Assembly (NCBI GenBank): GCA_039794085.1
Contig: JBDIWC010000058.1
Location: forward strand, 1-20,841
DNA length: 20,841 bases
Source of the DNA: Gemmatimonadales bacterium
GTDB taxonomy: Bacteria; Gemmatimonadota; Gemmatimonadetes; Gemmatimonadales; GWC2-71-9
Direction: 5' to 3'
The notes beneath the pieces were generated by a model. That model saw nothing but the letters and a program-made list of their open reading frames with translations, did no database searches and was not told where the DNA came from. Numbering within the stretch: position 1 is the stretch's first letter; each line of letters begins with the position of its first letter. The position numbers and the translations under genes are program-made. This document shows, piece by piece, positions 8,903 through 16,865 of this stretch.

Positions 8903-10725
8903 CACCACAGAGAACACGGAGGTCGCAGAGGGTCTCCGAATGATTTCCGTCGCTCCACGCTTTGCGCGTCGAGATCTGGAAGTTTGTTGTTTGGGGGGGG
9001 TGGAGGGGCCCCCATCCTGCCGATGCCCGGGGGTATGGGATCGGGAAAGGCGGGAAGGAATCACCGCAGAGAACACGGAGGTCCCAGAGGGTCTCCGCAT
9101 GATTCCCGCGGCTCCACGTCTTGCACGCCGAGATCACGGATTGTGTTTGGGGGGGTGGAGGGGCCCCCATCCTGCCGGTGCCCGCCAATCCGAGACGAGG
9201 AGCGTGTCGCGGATACCGTCAACCCTCTGTGTCCTCCGTGTCCGCTGTGGTTCAACTCGGGCGGGGGGAGGAGGCACCACCATGCTTCGCCCGTCGAGTT
9301 CGGAAGTTTGTTGTTTGGGGGGGGTGGAGGGGCCCCCATCCTGCCGATGCCCGGGGGTATGGGATCGGGAAAGGCGGGAAGGAATCACCGCAGAGAACAC
9401 GGAGGTCACAGAGGGTCTCCGCATGATTCCCGCGGCTCCACGCCTCGCGCGCCGAGATCACGGATTGTGTTTTGGGGGGGGTGGAGGGGCCCCCATCCTG
9501 CCGATGCCCGGGGGTATGGGATCGGGAAAGGCGGGAAGGAATCACCGCAGAGAACACGGAGGTCCCAGAGGGTCTCCGCATGATTCCCGCGGCTCCACGT
9601 CTTGCACGCCGAGATCACGGATTGTGTTTGGGGGGGTGGAGGGGCCCCCATCCTGCCGGTGCCCGCCAATCCGAGACGAGGAGCGTGTCGCGGATACCGT
9701 CAACCCTCTGTGTCCTCCGTGTCCGCTGTGGTTCAACTCGGGCGGGGGGAGGAGGCACCACCATGCTTCGCCCGTCGAGTTCGGAAGTTTGTTGTTGGGG
9801 GGGTGGAGGGGCCCCCATCCTGCCGATGCCCGGGGGTATGGGATCGGGAAAGGCGGGAAGGAATCACCGCAGAGAACACGGAGGTCCCAGAGGGTCTCCG
9901 CATGATTCCCGCGGCTCCACGCCTCGCGCGCCGAGATCACGGATTGTGTTTGGGGGGGTGGAGGGTCCCCCATCCTGCCGGTGCCCGCCAATCCGAGACG
10001 AGGAGCGTGTCGCGGATACCGTCAACCCTCTGTGTCCTCCGTGTCCTCTGTGGTTCAATCCGGCGTGGGGTGGGGGCACGCGGCTCCACGCCTCGCGCGC
10101 CGAGATCACGGATTGTGTTTGGGGGGGGTGGAAGGGCCCATCCTGCAGATGCCCGGGGGTATGGGATCGGGAAAGGCGGGAAGGAATCACCGCAGAGAAC
10201 ACGGAGGTCACAGAGGGTCTCCGCATGATTCCCGCGGCTCCACGCCTCGCGCGCCGAGATCCGGATTCTGTTTTTGGGGGGTGGAAGGGCCCCCATCCTG
10301 CCGATGCCCGGGGACCGAGACTGGGAACGCCTCGTGGATGCCGTCAACCCTCTGCGTCCTCCGTGTTCTCTGTGGTTCAATCCGGCGTGGGGTGGGGGCA
10401 CGCGGCTCCACGCCTCGCGCGCCGAGATCACGGATTGTGTTTGGGGGGGGCGGAAGGGCCCATCCTGCCGATGCCCGGGGGTATGGGATCGGGAAAGGCG
10501 GGAAGGAATCACCGCAGAGAACACGGAGGTCCCAGAGGGTCTCCGCATGATTCCCGCGGCTCCACGTCTTGCACGCCGAGATCACGGATTGTGTTTGGGG
10601 GGGTGGAGGGGCCCCCATCCTGCCGGTGCCCGCCAATCCGAGACGAGGAGCGTGTCGCGGATACCGTCAACCCTCTGTGTCCTCCGTGTTCTCCGTGGTT
10701 GAATCCGGGGTGACGTGGGGGGTCA
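8903..10725. repeat. Array 3: 12-core modular palindromic repeat array directly downstream of GxxExxY
   Basis: Forward cores CACC(A/G)CAGAGAACACGGAGGTCnCAGAGGG at 8903, 9062, 9386, 9543, 9865, 10188, 10510; reverse cores CCCTCTG(T/C)GTCCTCCGTG..GTGGTT at 9223, 9704, 10026, 10348, 10671; a shared G-rich linker in each interval. Confidence 0.97.
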
Positions 10726-11715
10726 TCAGTTCAGGATCACGTCCTGCCCCACCCGCGGTTTCAGCGTCCATTGGCCAGTACCATCCGGGACCAGGACGCC
10801 GCGGGTGTTCATGAACCGGCCGGGGGCGAAGGCGGTGCGGAGGAACGGGATGTTGGCATCCAATACCACAATGAGATTTCCGGTGCCGTCGCTCACGGTC
10901 ACGTGAAAGTTGGGGGCCACGGTGACCGTGTCGGAGATGAGGGCACTGGTGATCTGGATCAGGGCCGCGTCGAGAAGCCCGTTGTTGGCCGACGCCGCCG
11001 TGGCGGTGCTGACTGGGGAGGGGATGGGCGCGGGGCGGGTGGCCAGGCGGATGACCCGCGACTGGGTCAGCACCGGTTGGGTGGCTCGCACGCCGGTGCG
11101 GCCGAGCACCACGACGCTGTCCCCGGGGTTGTTGCCGGTGAGGCCGCCCGCCAGCGACACCTCCGTCAGCCGCAGGGTGCCGGAGGTATCGGCGAGGTGC
11201 GAGGTCGTGTCGCTGAAGGACTGGACGCCGGCGAGAATGATCCCGCGCACGAACACGCGCTTGCCGCCCGGGAGCGACCGGACCTCCTTCAGACTCACCT
11301 CGGGGAAGGCCAGCCGGGCCACGACCCCGATCGCGGGGCCTCCATTCACGAGTTGGACGTTGCTGGAGTCGACCGCAGCCACCCGGATGGAATCACCGAT
11401 GCTGAGCGTGTCGATGGCCACCCGGTATTCCCCGATGGGGAGGGTGTCGAAGAGGGCGAACCCTGTCGCATCAGTCAGTTTGGTGGCGAGGGTGTCGTCG
11501 CTGCGTTGGCTCAGGAGGGCCACCCGTGCCCCGGCGAAGACGGTGTCGGCAGCGGAGGCGGAACCGTTGCCGTCCCGGTCGAGGAACACCAGCACCCCGA
11601 TCTGCCCGGTGGGGAAGGGTCCGAAGGTGACGTCGTCGCCCGCGTTGTTGCAGGCGGTGGGGAGGACGAGGGCCAGGAGCAGGGCCGGAAGGCCGAAACG
11701 AGAAACGTGGCGCAT
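10726..11715 (-). CDS. Predicted lipoprotein with SdrD-B-like beta-sandwich and probable OB-fold-like domains
   Basis: Signal peptide ending LVLPTAC (lipobox-like Cys); VFLDRDGNG..DTVFAGARVAL..TDATG..F..LPIGEYRV; PGDSVVVLG and VSDGTGNLIV..GVL segments. TGATG coupling to the receptor gene. Confidence 0.75.
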   Translation of the reverse strand: MRHVSRFGLPALLLALVLPTACNNAGDDVTFGPFPTGQIGVLVFLDRDGNGSASAADTVFAGARVALLSQRSDDTLATKLTDATGFALFDTLPIGEYRVAIDTLSIGDSIRVAAVDSSNVQLVNGGPAIGVVARLAFPEVSLKEVRSLPGGKRVFVRGIILAGVQSFSDTTSHLADTSGTLRLTEVSLAGGLTGNNPGDSVVVLGRTGVRATQPVLTQSRVIRLATRPAPIPSPVSTATAASANNGLLDAALIQITSALISDTVTVAPNFHVTVSDGTGNLIVVLDANIPFLRTAFAPGRFMNTRGVLVPDGTGQWTLKPRVGQDVILN

Positions 11716-14700
11716 CAGTCGATCCTGAGGCCGACCCGGAACAGCCGCGGATCATCGCGGCGGCTCAGGATGGAGCCAAAACGGGGGTTGGGAACGAGGG
11801 ACAGGTTGACGGTGCGGCTGCCGGGAGGCGAGAGCGTCCCCGCCGGATCCACGAGGAAGAGCGCCCGGTCCACCGGCCCCGACTCGGAGCTGGTCACGTT
11901 GTAGGCATCGACGGTGAGGGTGAGATGACGCCCCCCCGCCGAGACGGGAAGACCGATCCCGAAGGAGAGATCGACCCCGTACTGGGTGTCGGCGCGGCAA
12001 CTGTTCCGCTCGGCGAATCCGGTGACGAGGTCACAGCGGCTGGCGTCGAGCAGAGACCGGATGCCGGCGCTGTTCAGGTCGATGAAGGCGGGATCGTTGT
12101 TGCCCGATCCGTCTCCATTCAGATCCACCCCGGGCTGGAACCCGGGGGTGAAGGGGAGGCCGGACTGGACCCGGCCCCGCACCGCCAGCGTCACCGCCGC
12201 CCGCCCCGTGGACCGGTAGCGCAGGGTGGCGGCCGCCCGGTGCGGCACATCGAAGTCGGAGCGCCCCTCGGCCCAGTCGATTCCGTTCAGGCGGCCGGGA
12301 AAGGGGGAGAGCTGGTCGGCGGGATCGCCCGAGGAGAGACCGAGGACGTTGTCTTCCGTGTCGGAGAAGGTGTAGTTGGCCATGATCGACAGGTGACGCG
12401 ACACCTGGCGCTCGATCGCGGCGTTGAATTCGTAGTAGTCACTCTCTCCCGAGGGGAGGAGCGCATAGACCGCGTCGAAGCTGCCGAACCGGCGGTTGCT
12501 CCCCGGCTGCGGGGTAATCAGCGACCCCTGCTGTACCAGCGATCCAAAGACGGGCCGGCCTTCCGACGTGGTGGCGAGCGGCCCCGGCACCCGGTTCAGA
12601 TCCTCGCGGCGGAGGAGATAGTCGGTGTGGACGTACCGTCCGCCGAGAGAGATGTTGAATCCCCCCTCGACGTGCCGGGTGAGCCCCGCCTCGAGCTTGT
12701 AGGATTTGGGAGCCCGGTAGAGACTGTCGGGAAGGAAGGTGAGCCCCGGCGCCGACACCTGGGTCTGGGCCCCCGCGGGGAGGTTGGGCCAGTTGGTGAA
12801 GGAGCCGAGCCCGCGGCGGATCGACACGGTCCCGTCCATGGTCATCGCCTCGGCGAAGACCGCGGGGTCGAGACGCCCCACCTCGAGCCCGCCGCCGGCC
12901 CGCAGGATCCACTCTCCCCGATTCTGTACGTCCCAGACCAGGGCCGCGTGGGGGGAGAAGCCCTTACGATCACTGGGCCGCCCCCCGGTGGCAATCCCGG
13001 TGAGGGTCTGCCAGGCTGTGTTGTCGAGCACCTTGCGGGTGGGGAGAAACTGGGTCTCGTACCGGACGCCGTATTGGAGCTGGATTTCGGGAGTGGCCTG
13101 CCAGAGATCCTGCAGGAAGACCCCGACCTCGGTGCTGTTGAAGTCGATCGGCCGGGCCGGACCGCTCGCCTGGAAGAAGGTGCCGGTACCGGCGCCGAAC
13201 CGGTCGAGATCTCCGAAGGTGAAGATCCCGGCGGAGCCGAAGCGGTAATCCTGCTCATAGTTGGTGAGCCGCGCGTTCCCGCCGAACTTGATCACGTGCC
13301 TGCCGGCCCGGACCTGGAAGGCGTCGCTGATGTCGAAGGCCCGCTCCTCGAAGGAGCCGGGGAGCTCCCCCGAGGTCCCGAAGGCGACGCTGCTCCCGGT
13401 GATCACGGTTCCCGGCAAGGTGCTCCCGGTCCAGTTCCGCTCGGCCGAACTGAATCCGACCCGGAACTCGTTGGCGGTGCTGGACCCGGTCGAGGTGAGC
13501 CCGAAGGCGGCGGAGATGTCCCGGGCATCGAGCTTGGTGCCGGCGTTGTTGGACAGTCCGGTCCCGAGCCGGGGAGAGTCCTCTTCCCAATCGGCGCCCC
13601 CGACCCGGACCATCAACTCCTGGGTGCCGGAGAGGCGCCAGTCGACGCGGGCCAGGGCGCTTCCCCCCTCCCAGGTTCGCACGACGGGGGAAGTTTCCGC
13701 CGCGAGGCTCCGGCCGAAGGACTGGCCGATGGTGCGGATCCGGTCCACCGTGACCCCCGGACTGAATTGGGCAGGGTCCTCCGTCCACGGCTGGGCGGTG
13801 GGAAGTTCAACCGACTGGTACTGGGCCTGGATCAGGAAGTGGGCGGTGTCGGGCACGATGGCCCCGGAGAGAACGGCTCCCACGAGCAACGAGGTGCCGG
13901 AGCTGTCCCCGGGGTTGAGCTCGGTGCGGTCCCCGATCTTGGCGCTGCTGGCCCAGCCATAGGGCTCGAAGGAGACGGTGTTTCCTCCCCGGCGGGTGAG
14001 GGCGGAGAGGAGGGTCCCCGGGGTGCCGCGGAACTCATTGTCCATGCTGGTGCCGAGCACGTTGAGCTGCTCGGTGGCCTGACGGGCAAACCCTTCGGCC
14101 TGGAGCGGCTCGGCGGGAAGTCCGGGGTGACGGAGCAGCACCTCGGGGATGCCGTCCACCAGCAACCGGCTCCGCATGGCGGGAAGGCCGGAGCCGGCGA
14201 GACCGATCCCCCCCTGGCGATCATCGAAGGGGGAGACGAAGGCGCTGGTCCCCCGGAGGGCGTCGGTCGCCACCGGATTCCGGTCGAGTTCCCGCATCTC
14301 GAAATCGGTGAGGGTCCGGATCCGGCCCATTCCGGTCCGGGCCCCGTCGCCCCGGATCTCGGTGGGCGCACTGATCGGGGGAGGACGGCGTTCCAGGGCA
14401 AAGACGACGGTGGTGCGTTGACCGGCAGTCACCGCTATCCCGATCCGGCGAACCGGCTGGAACCCGATCTGCTCAGCCAGAATGTCGTAGACCCCAGGCG
14501 CCAGGAGCGGCACCGAGAAGGCGCCATCGAAGTCGGTTTCGAGTTCGAGCCGGAGTCCCCCCCGGGCGGACTCGAGGGTCACCGCCACCCCGGAGAGGGG
14601 AACACCCAACTCATCGTTCACCTGGCCCCGGAGGGAGCCCGACGTCAGACTCTGTGCCAGGAGCGGTGTGGGAAGGAACGCACAGACGCCCGCAAGAAGG

Positions 14701-14744
14701 AGTGGGCCTGCCAGGACGCGCGCTCGGCCAAAGACCGTCATCAT
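11715..14744 (-). CDS. TonB-dependent receptor (Oar-like) with N-terminal carboxypeptidase-regulatory-like domain
   Basis: Signal peptide; GSLRGQVNDELGVPLSGVAVTL..TDFDGAF..LAPGVYDI..GF; GVFLQDLWQATPEIQLQYGVRYE, FSPHAALVWD, GRSDFDVPHR, DLNGDGSGNND. GAGGGA RBS-like sequence before ATG 14744/14741. Confidence 0.88.
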   Translation of the reverse strand: MMTVFGRARVLAGPLLLAGVCAFLPTPLLAQSLTSGSLRGQVNDELGVPLSGVAVTLESARGGLRLELETDFDGAFSVPLLAPGVYDILAEQIGFQPVRRIGIAVTAGQRTTVVFALERRPPPISAPTEIRGDGARTGMGRIRTLTDFEMRELDRNPVATDALRGTSAFVSPFDDRQGGIGLAGSGLPAMRSRLLVDGIPEVLLRHPGLPAEPLQAEGFARQATEQLNVLGTSMDNEFRGTPGTLLSALTRRGGNTVSFEPYGWASSAKIGDRTELNPGDSSGTSLLVGAVLSGAIVPDTAHFLIQAQYQSVELPTAQPWTEDPAQFSPGVTVDRIRTIGQSFGRSLAAETSPVVRTWEGGSALARVDWRLSGTQELMVRVGGADWEEDSPRLGTGLSNNAGTKLDARDISAAFGLTSTGSSTANEFRVGFSSAERNWTGSTLPGTVITGSSVAFGTSGELPGSFEERAFDISDAFQVRAGRHVIKFGGNARLTNYEQDYRFGSAGIFTFGDLDRFGAGTGTFFQASGPARPIDFNSTEVGVFLQDLWQATPEIQLQYGVRYETQFLPTRKVLDNTAWQTLTGIATGGRPSDRKGFSPHAALVWDVQNRGEWILRAGGGLEVGRLDPAVFAEAMTMDGTVSIRRGLGSFTNWPNLPAGAQTQVSAPGLTFLPDSLYRAPKSYKLEAGLTRHVEGGFNISLGGRYVHTDYLLRREDLNRVPGPLATTSEGRPVFGSLVQQGSLITPQPGSNRRFGSFDAVYALLPSGESDYYEFNAAIERQVSRHLSIMANYTFSDTEDNVLGLSSGDPADQLSPFPGRLNGIDWAEGRSDFDVPHRAAATLRYRSTGRAAVTLAVRGRVQSGLPFTPGFQPGVDLNGDGSGNNDPAFIDLNSAGIRSLLDASRCDLVTGFAERNSCRADTQYGVDLSFGIGLPVSAGGRHLTLTVDAYNVTSSESGPVDRALFLVDPAGTLSPPGSRTVNLSLVPNPRFGSILSRRDDPRLFRVGLRID

Positions 14745-14818
14745 TCGAGGTTCCCTCGGTAGGAAATGAGGTTCAGAAGACGCCGGACAGCGGCGCTCCC
14801 GAGTGCCGGTGGAGCCGG

Positions 14819-14834
14819 TGCAGGATGAATGCCA
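14819..14834 (-). promoter_or_regulatory. Candidate sigma-54 (-24/-12) promoter for the TonB receptor-lipoprotein operon
   Basis: Minus strand TGGCATTCATCCTGCA: GG-N10-GC, two mismatches to TGGCAC-N5-TTGCW, ~75 bp before the ATG, with an AT-rich tract (14860-14935) just upstream. Confidence 0.6.
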
Positions 14835-15067
14835 CAACCACGAACGGGGCTGAGATACCACCAATCAACATTTGTGTGGTATTCCGATAAACTATTGTAT
14901 GTCGCTATTTTACAGTAACTTATGACATTACAACCGTCAGAGAACTGGATCTGCGTCGCAAGATCAGGGGTGCCCGGCTCCTGCGAAATCGGCGACTTTC
15001 CGGGTTCAATGCGGCGCTGAGGTTATCAGAATCGTTGCGGGGGAGCAACAGCCGGATGGGTCGGAGG

Positions 15068-15146
15068 CGTCATTCCGGCGAAAGCCGGAATCCATGCGAC
15101 GGACCAAGGGGAAGGAAAATGGACCCCGGCGTTCGCCGGGGTGACG
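15068..15146. repeat. CGTC-type REP doublet (inverted pair)
   Basis: CGTCATTCCGGCGAAAGCCGGAATCCAT (15068-15095) and ATGGACCCCGGCGTTCGCCGGGGTGACG (15119-15146); each is a hairpin and the two are inverted relative to each other. Confidence 0.85.
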
Positions 15147-15202
15147 TCCCGTTTGGGATCTGGCCTCGGGGTGCGCCCTGGCGGGGGGGCGTGGATTGTC
15201 GG

Positions 15203-15272
15203 TCATTGTTCATTGTTCATTGCTCATTGTTCATTGGTCATTGTTCATTGGTCATTGGTCATTGGTCATTGT
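15203..15272. repeat. Heptamer tandem repeat (TCATTGN)x10
   Basis: Ten contiguous TCATTG(T/G/C) units ending 15 bp before ATG 15288. Confidence 0.97.
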
Positions 15273-15287
15273 TACATTGAACCAGGC

Positions 15288-16649
15288 ATGGCCCAGACCT
15301 CCTTTCGCAACCGCATCCACCTGGCCTTGATTCTCCTGGGGGTTCTGCCGACCTCCGTGGTGATCGTGGCGCTGGTGATCTCGCTCCGGAGCAGCAACGC
15401 GCCGGCGGCGGTGTCGGCGGCGCTCACGCCGGTGGCGGCGACGGGACGGGAGCTGCTCCGGGTGATCGACACCACCGGCCTCTCCCTGCCGGAGCGCCGG
15501 GCCCTGCGCGACCACGCCGACAGCCTGAACCGCGCCCTGGGTCGCGCCGGATCTGCCCTGTCCTACAACCGCCGGCTGACCCCGACCCTGACCGCCGTGG
15601 TTCTCCTGGGTGGCGGCCTTCTTATCTACTTCACCTGGTATCTGGGTCTCAGTCTTTCCCGGCAGTTGAGTAGCCCGATCGAGGAGCTGATCGGCTGGAC
15701 CGATCGGATCCGTCACCACGAACCGCTCCCGCAGACCGACCGTGCCCCAGGCGCCCCGGAGTTCACCGCCCTGCGGGAGGCGCTCCGGGAGATGGCCGCA
15801 GCTCTCCAGCAGGCCCGGTCCGCCGAATTGGAGGCGGAGCGGTTACGGGCTTTCCGCGAGGTGGCCCGCCGGGTGGCGCACGAGATGAAGAACCCGCTCA
15901 CCCCGGTTCGTTTCGCCATCAGCCAGCTGGAACGGACCGCGACTCCGGCGCAGCGGGAGTCACTCGAGGTCCTGAGCATGGAGACGGCTCGTCTCGACCT
16001 GCTGGCCAAGGACTTCTCCAATCTGGGACGGCTCCCCGAGGGTCCCTCCGCCGAGGTGGACGTGGGGGAGCTGCTGGGGGAGATCCTGCGCACGACCCTC
16101 CCTCCGGGGATGACCCACACCCTCGAGGTCGATCCCCACACGCCGCTGTTGGTGGGGCACTACGATCCCCTGCACCGGGCCTTCACCAACCTGATCCGGA
16201 ATGCGGTGGAGGCGAGTGGCGGGGAGGGCCGGCTGGATGCGTCCGTGCGCATGGACGAGGGGGAGATGCTGGTGCGTATCGCCGATCACGGGGGGGGGAT
16301 CCCGGAGGCGCTCCGGGAGAAGATCTTCATGCCCTACGTCACCGACAAGCCCGATGGCACCGGACTCGGGCTCTCGATCGTCAAGCAGGCGATCGATCTG
16401 CACAACGGCACGATCTCGGTGGAGGACACACCGGGAGGCGGAGCCACCTTCGTTGTGCGCTTCCACGGGCGGGCCGACCGCAGCCGGCGGCTTCCCTACC
16501 TGGGAGTGGGACTGGGCCGGGGGGGGAGGGGGGGGGGACACGGAACCGAGAACCCACGGGATGGGCGGACCGACCTGGCCCGGCGGACGGGGGAGTACCG
16601 TTTTCCCCAGACGCTCCCCTCTCCCACCACCTCGTCGGACCGCGAGTGA
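15288..16649 (+). CDS. Membrane sensor histidine kinase (HAMP-HisKA-HATPase, NtrY-like)
   Basis: Two hydrophobic helices, ARRVAHEMKNPLTP H-box, NLIRNAVEA N-box, DHGGGIP, DKPDGTGLGL G-boxes. Confidence 0.93.
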   Translation: MAQTSFRNRIHLALILLGVLPTSVVIVALVISLRSSNAPAAVSAALTPVAATGRELLRVIDTTGLSLPERRALRDHADSLNRALGRAGSALSYNRRLTPTLTAVVLLGGGLLIYFTWYLGLSLSRQLSSPIEELIGWTDRIRHHEPLPQTDRAPGAPEFTALREALREMAAALQQARSAELEAERLRAFREVARRVAHEMKNPLTPVRFAISQLERTATPAQRESLEVLSMETARLDLLAKDFSNLGRLPEGPSAEVDVGELLGEILRTTLPPGMTHTLEVDPHTPLLVGHYDPLHRAFTNLIRNAVEASGGEGRLDASVRMDEGEMLVRIADHGGGIPEALREKIFMPYVTDKPDGTGLGLSIVKQAIDLHNGTISVEDTPGGGATFVVRFHGRADRSRRLPYLGVGLGRGGRGGGHGTENPRDGRTDLARRTGEYRFPQTLPSPTTSSDRE

Positions 16650-16733
16650 CCCGGTTCCCCCCCTGCCCCACGGGACCGGGTTCCCGCTACATTGTGCGGT
16701 TCTCCCGAGCGCCCGGACTTCGCACCGATCCCG

Positions 16734-16774
16734 CCCCTCTCCCCCCGGGTGGGAGAGGGGGTCGGGGGGTGAGG
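16734..16774. repeat. CCCCTCTCCC..GGGAGAGGGG...GGGTGAGG REP-like hairpin
   Basis: 10-bp stem 16734-16743/16751-16760 followed by GGGGGTGAGG; reverse-orientation relative of 3733-3776. Confidence 0.75.
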
Positions 16775-16865
16775 ACCCGGACATCCACCACCCGATGCGC
16801 ACTGTCTGTGCGGGATCATCCGGTCCCGGTCGTCATTCGGATGCAGGTTTCTCCGACGAGATCTC

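Noticed and set aside
8903..10725. CRISPR array
   Set aside because: Cores occur in both orientations, the ~130-bp intervening sequences are themselves repeated rather than unique, and no cas genes are present.
8831..10814. Long ORFs across array 3 (e.g. 9472-10713, 8940-9905)
   Set aside because: Open in many frames on both strands, repetitive translations, no recognisable domain; a by-product of GC-rich repeats.
11925..14762. 945-aa plus-strand ORF and similar antisense ORFs (4179-6080, 16833-18191, 18209-19798)
   Set aside because: Antisense shadows of well-supported genes in high-GC DNA.
14958..14975. Second sigma-54-like motif GGCAC...TTGC on the minus strand
   Set aside because: Spacer is 8 nt rather than the required 5.
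15141..15287. N-terminal extension of the histidine kinase (HCSLFIAHCSL...)
   Set aside because: It is the translation of the heptamer tract; ATG 15288 precedes the first transmembrane helix.
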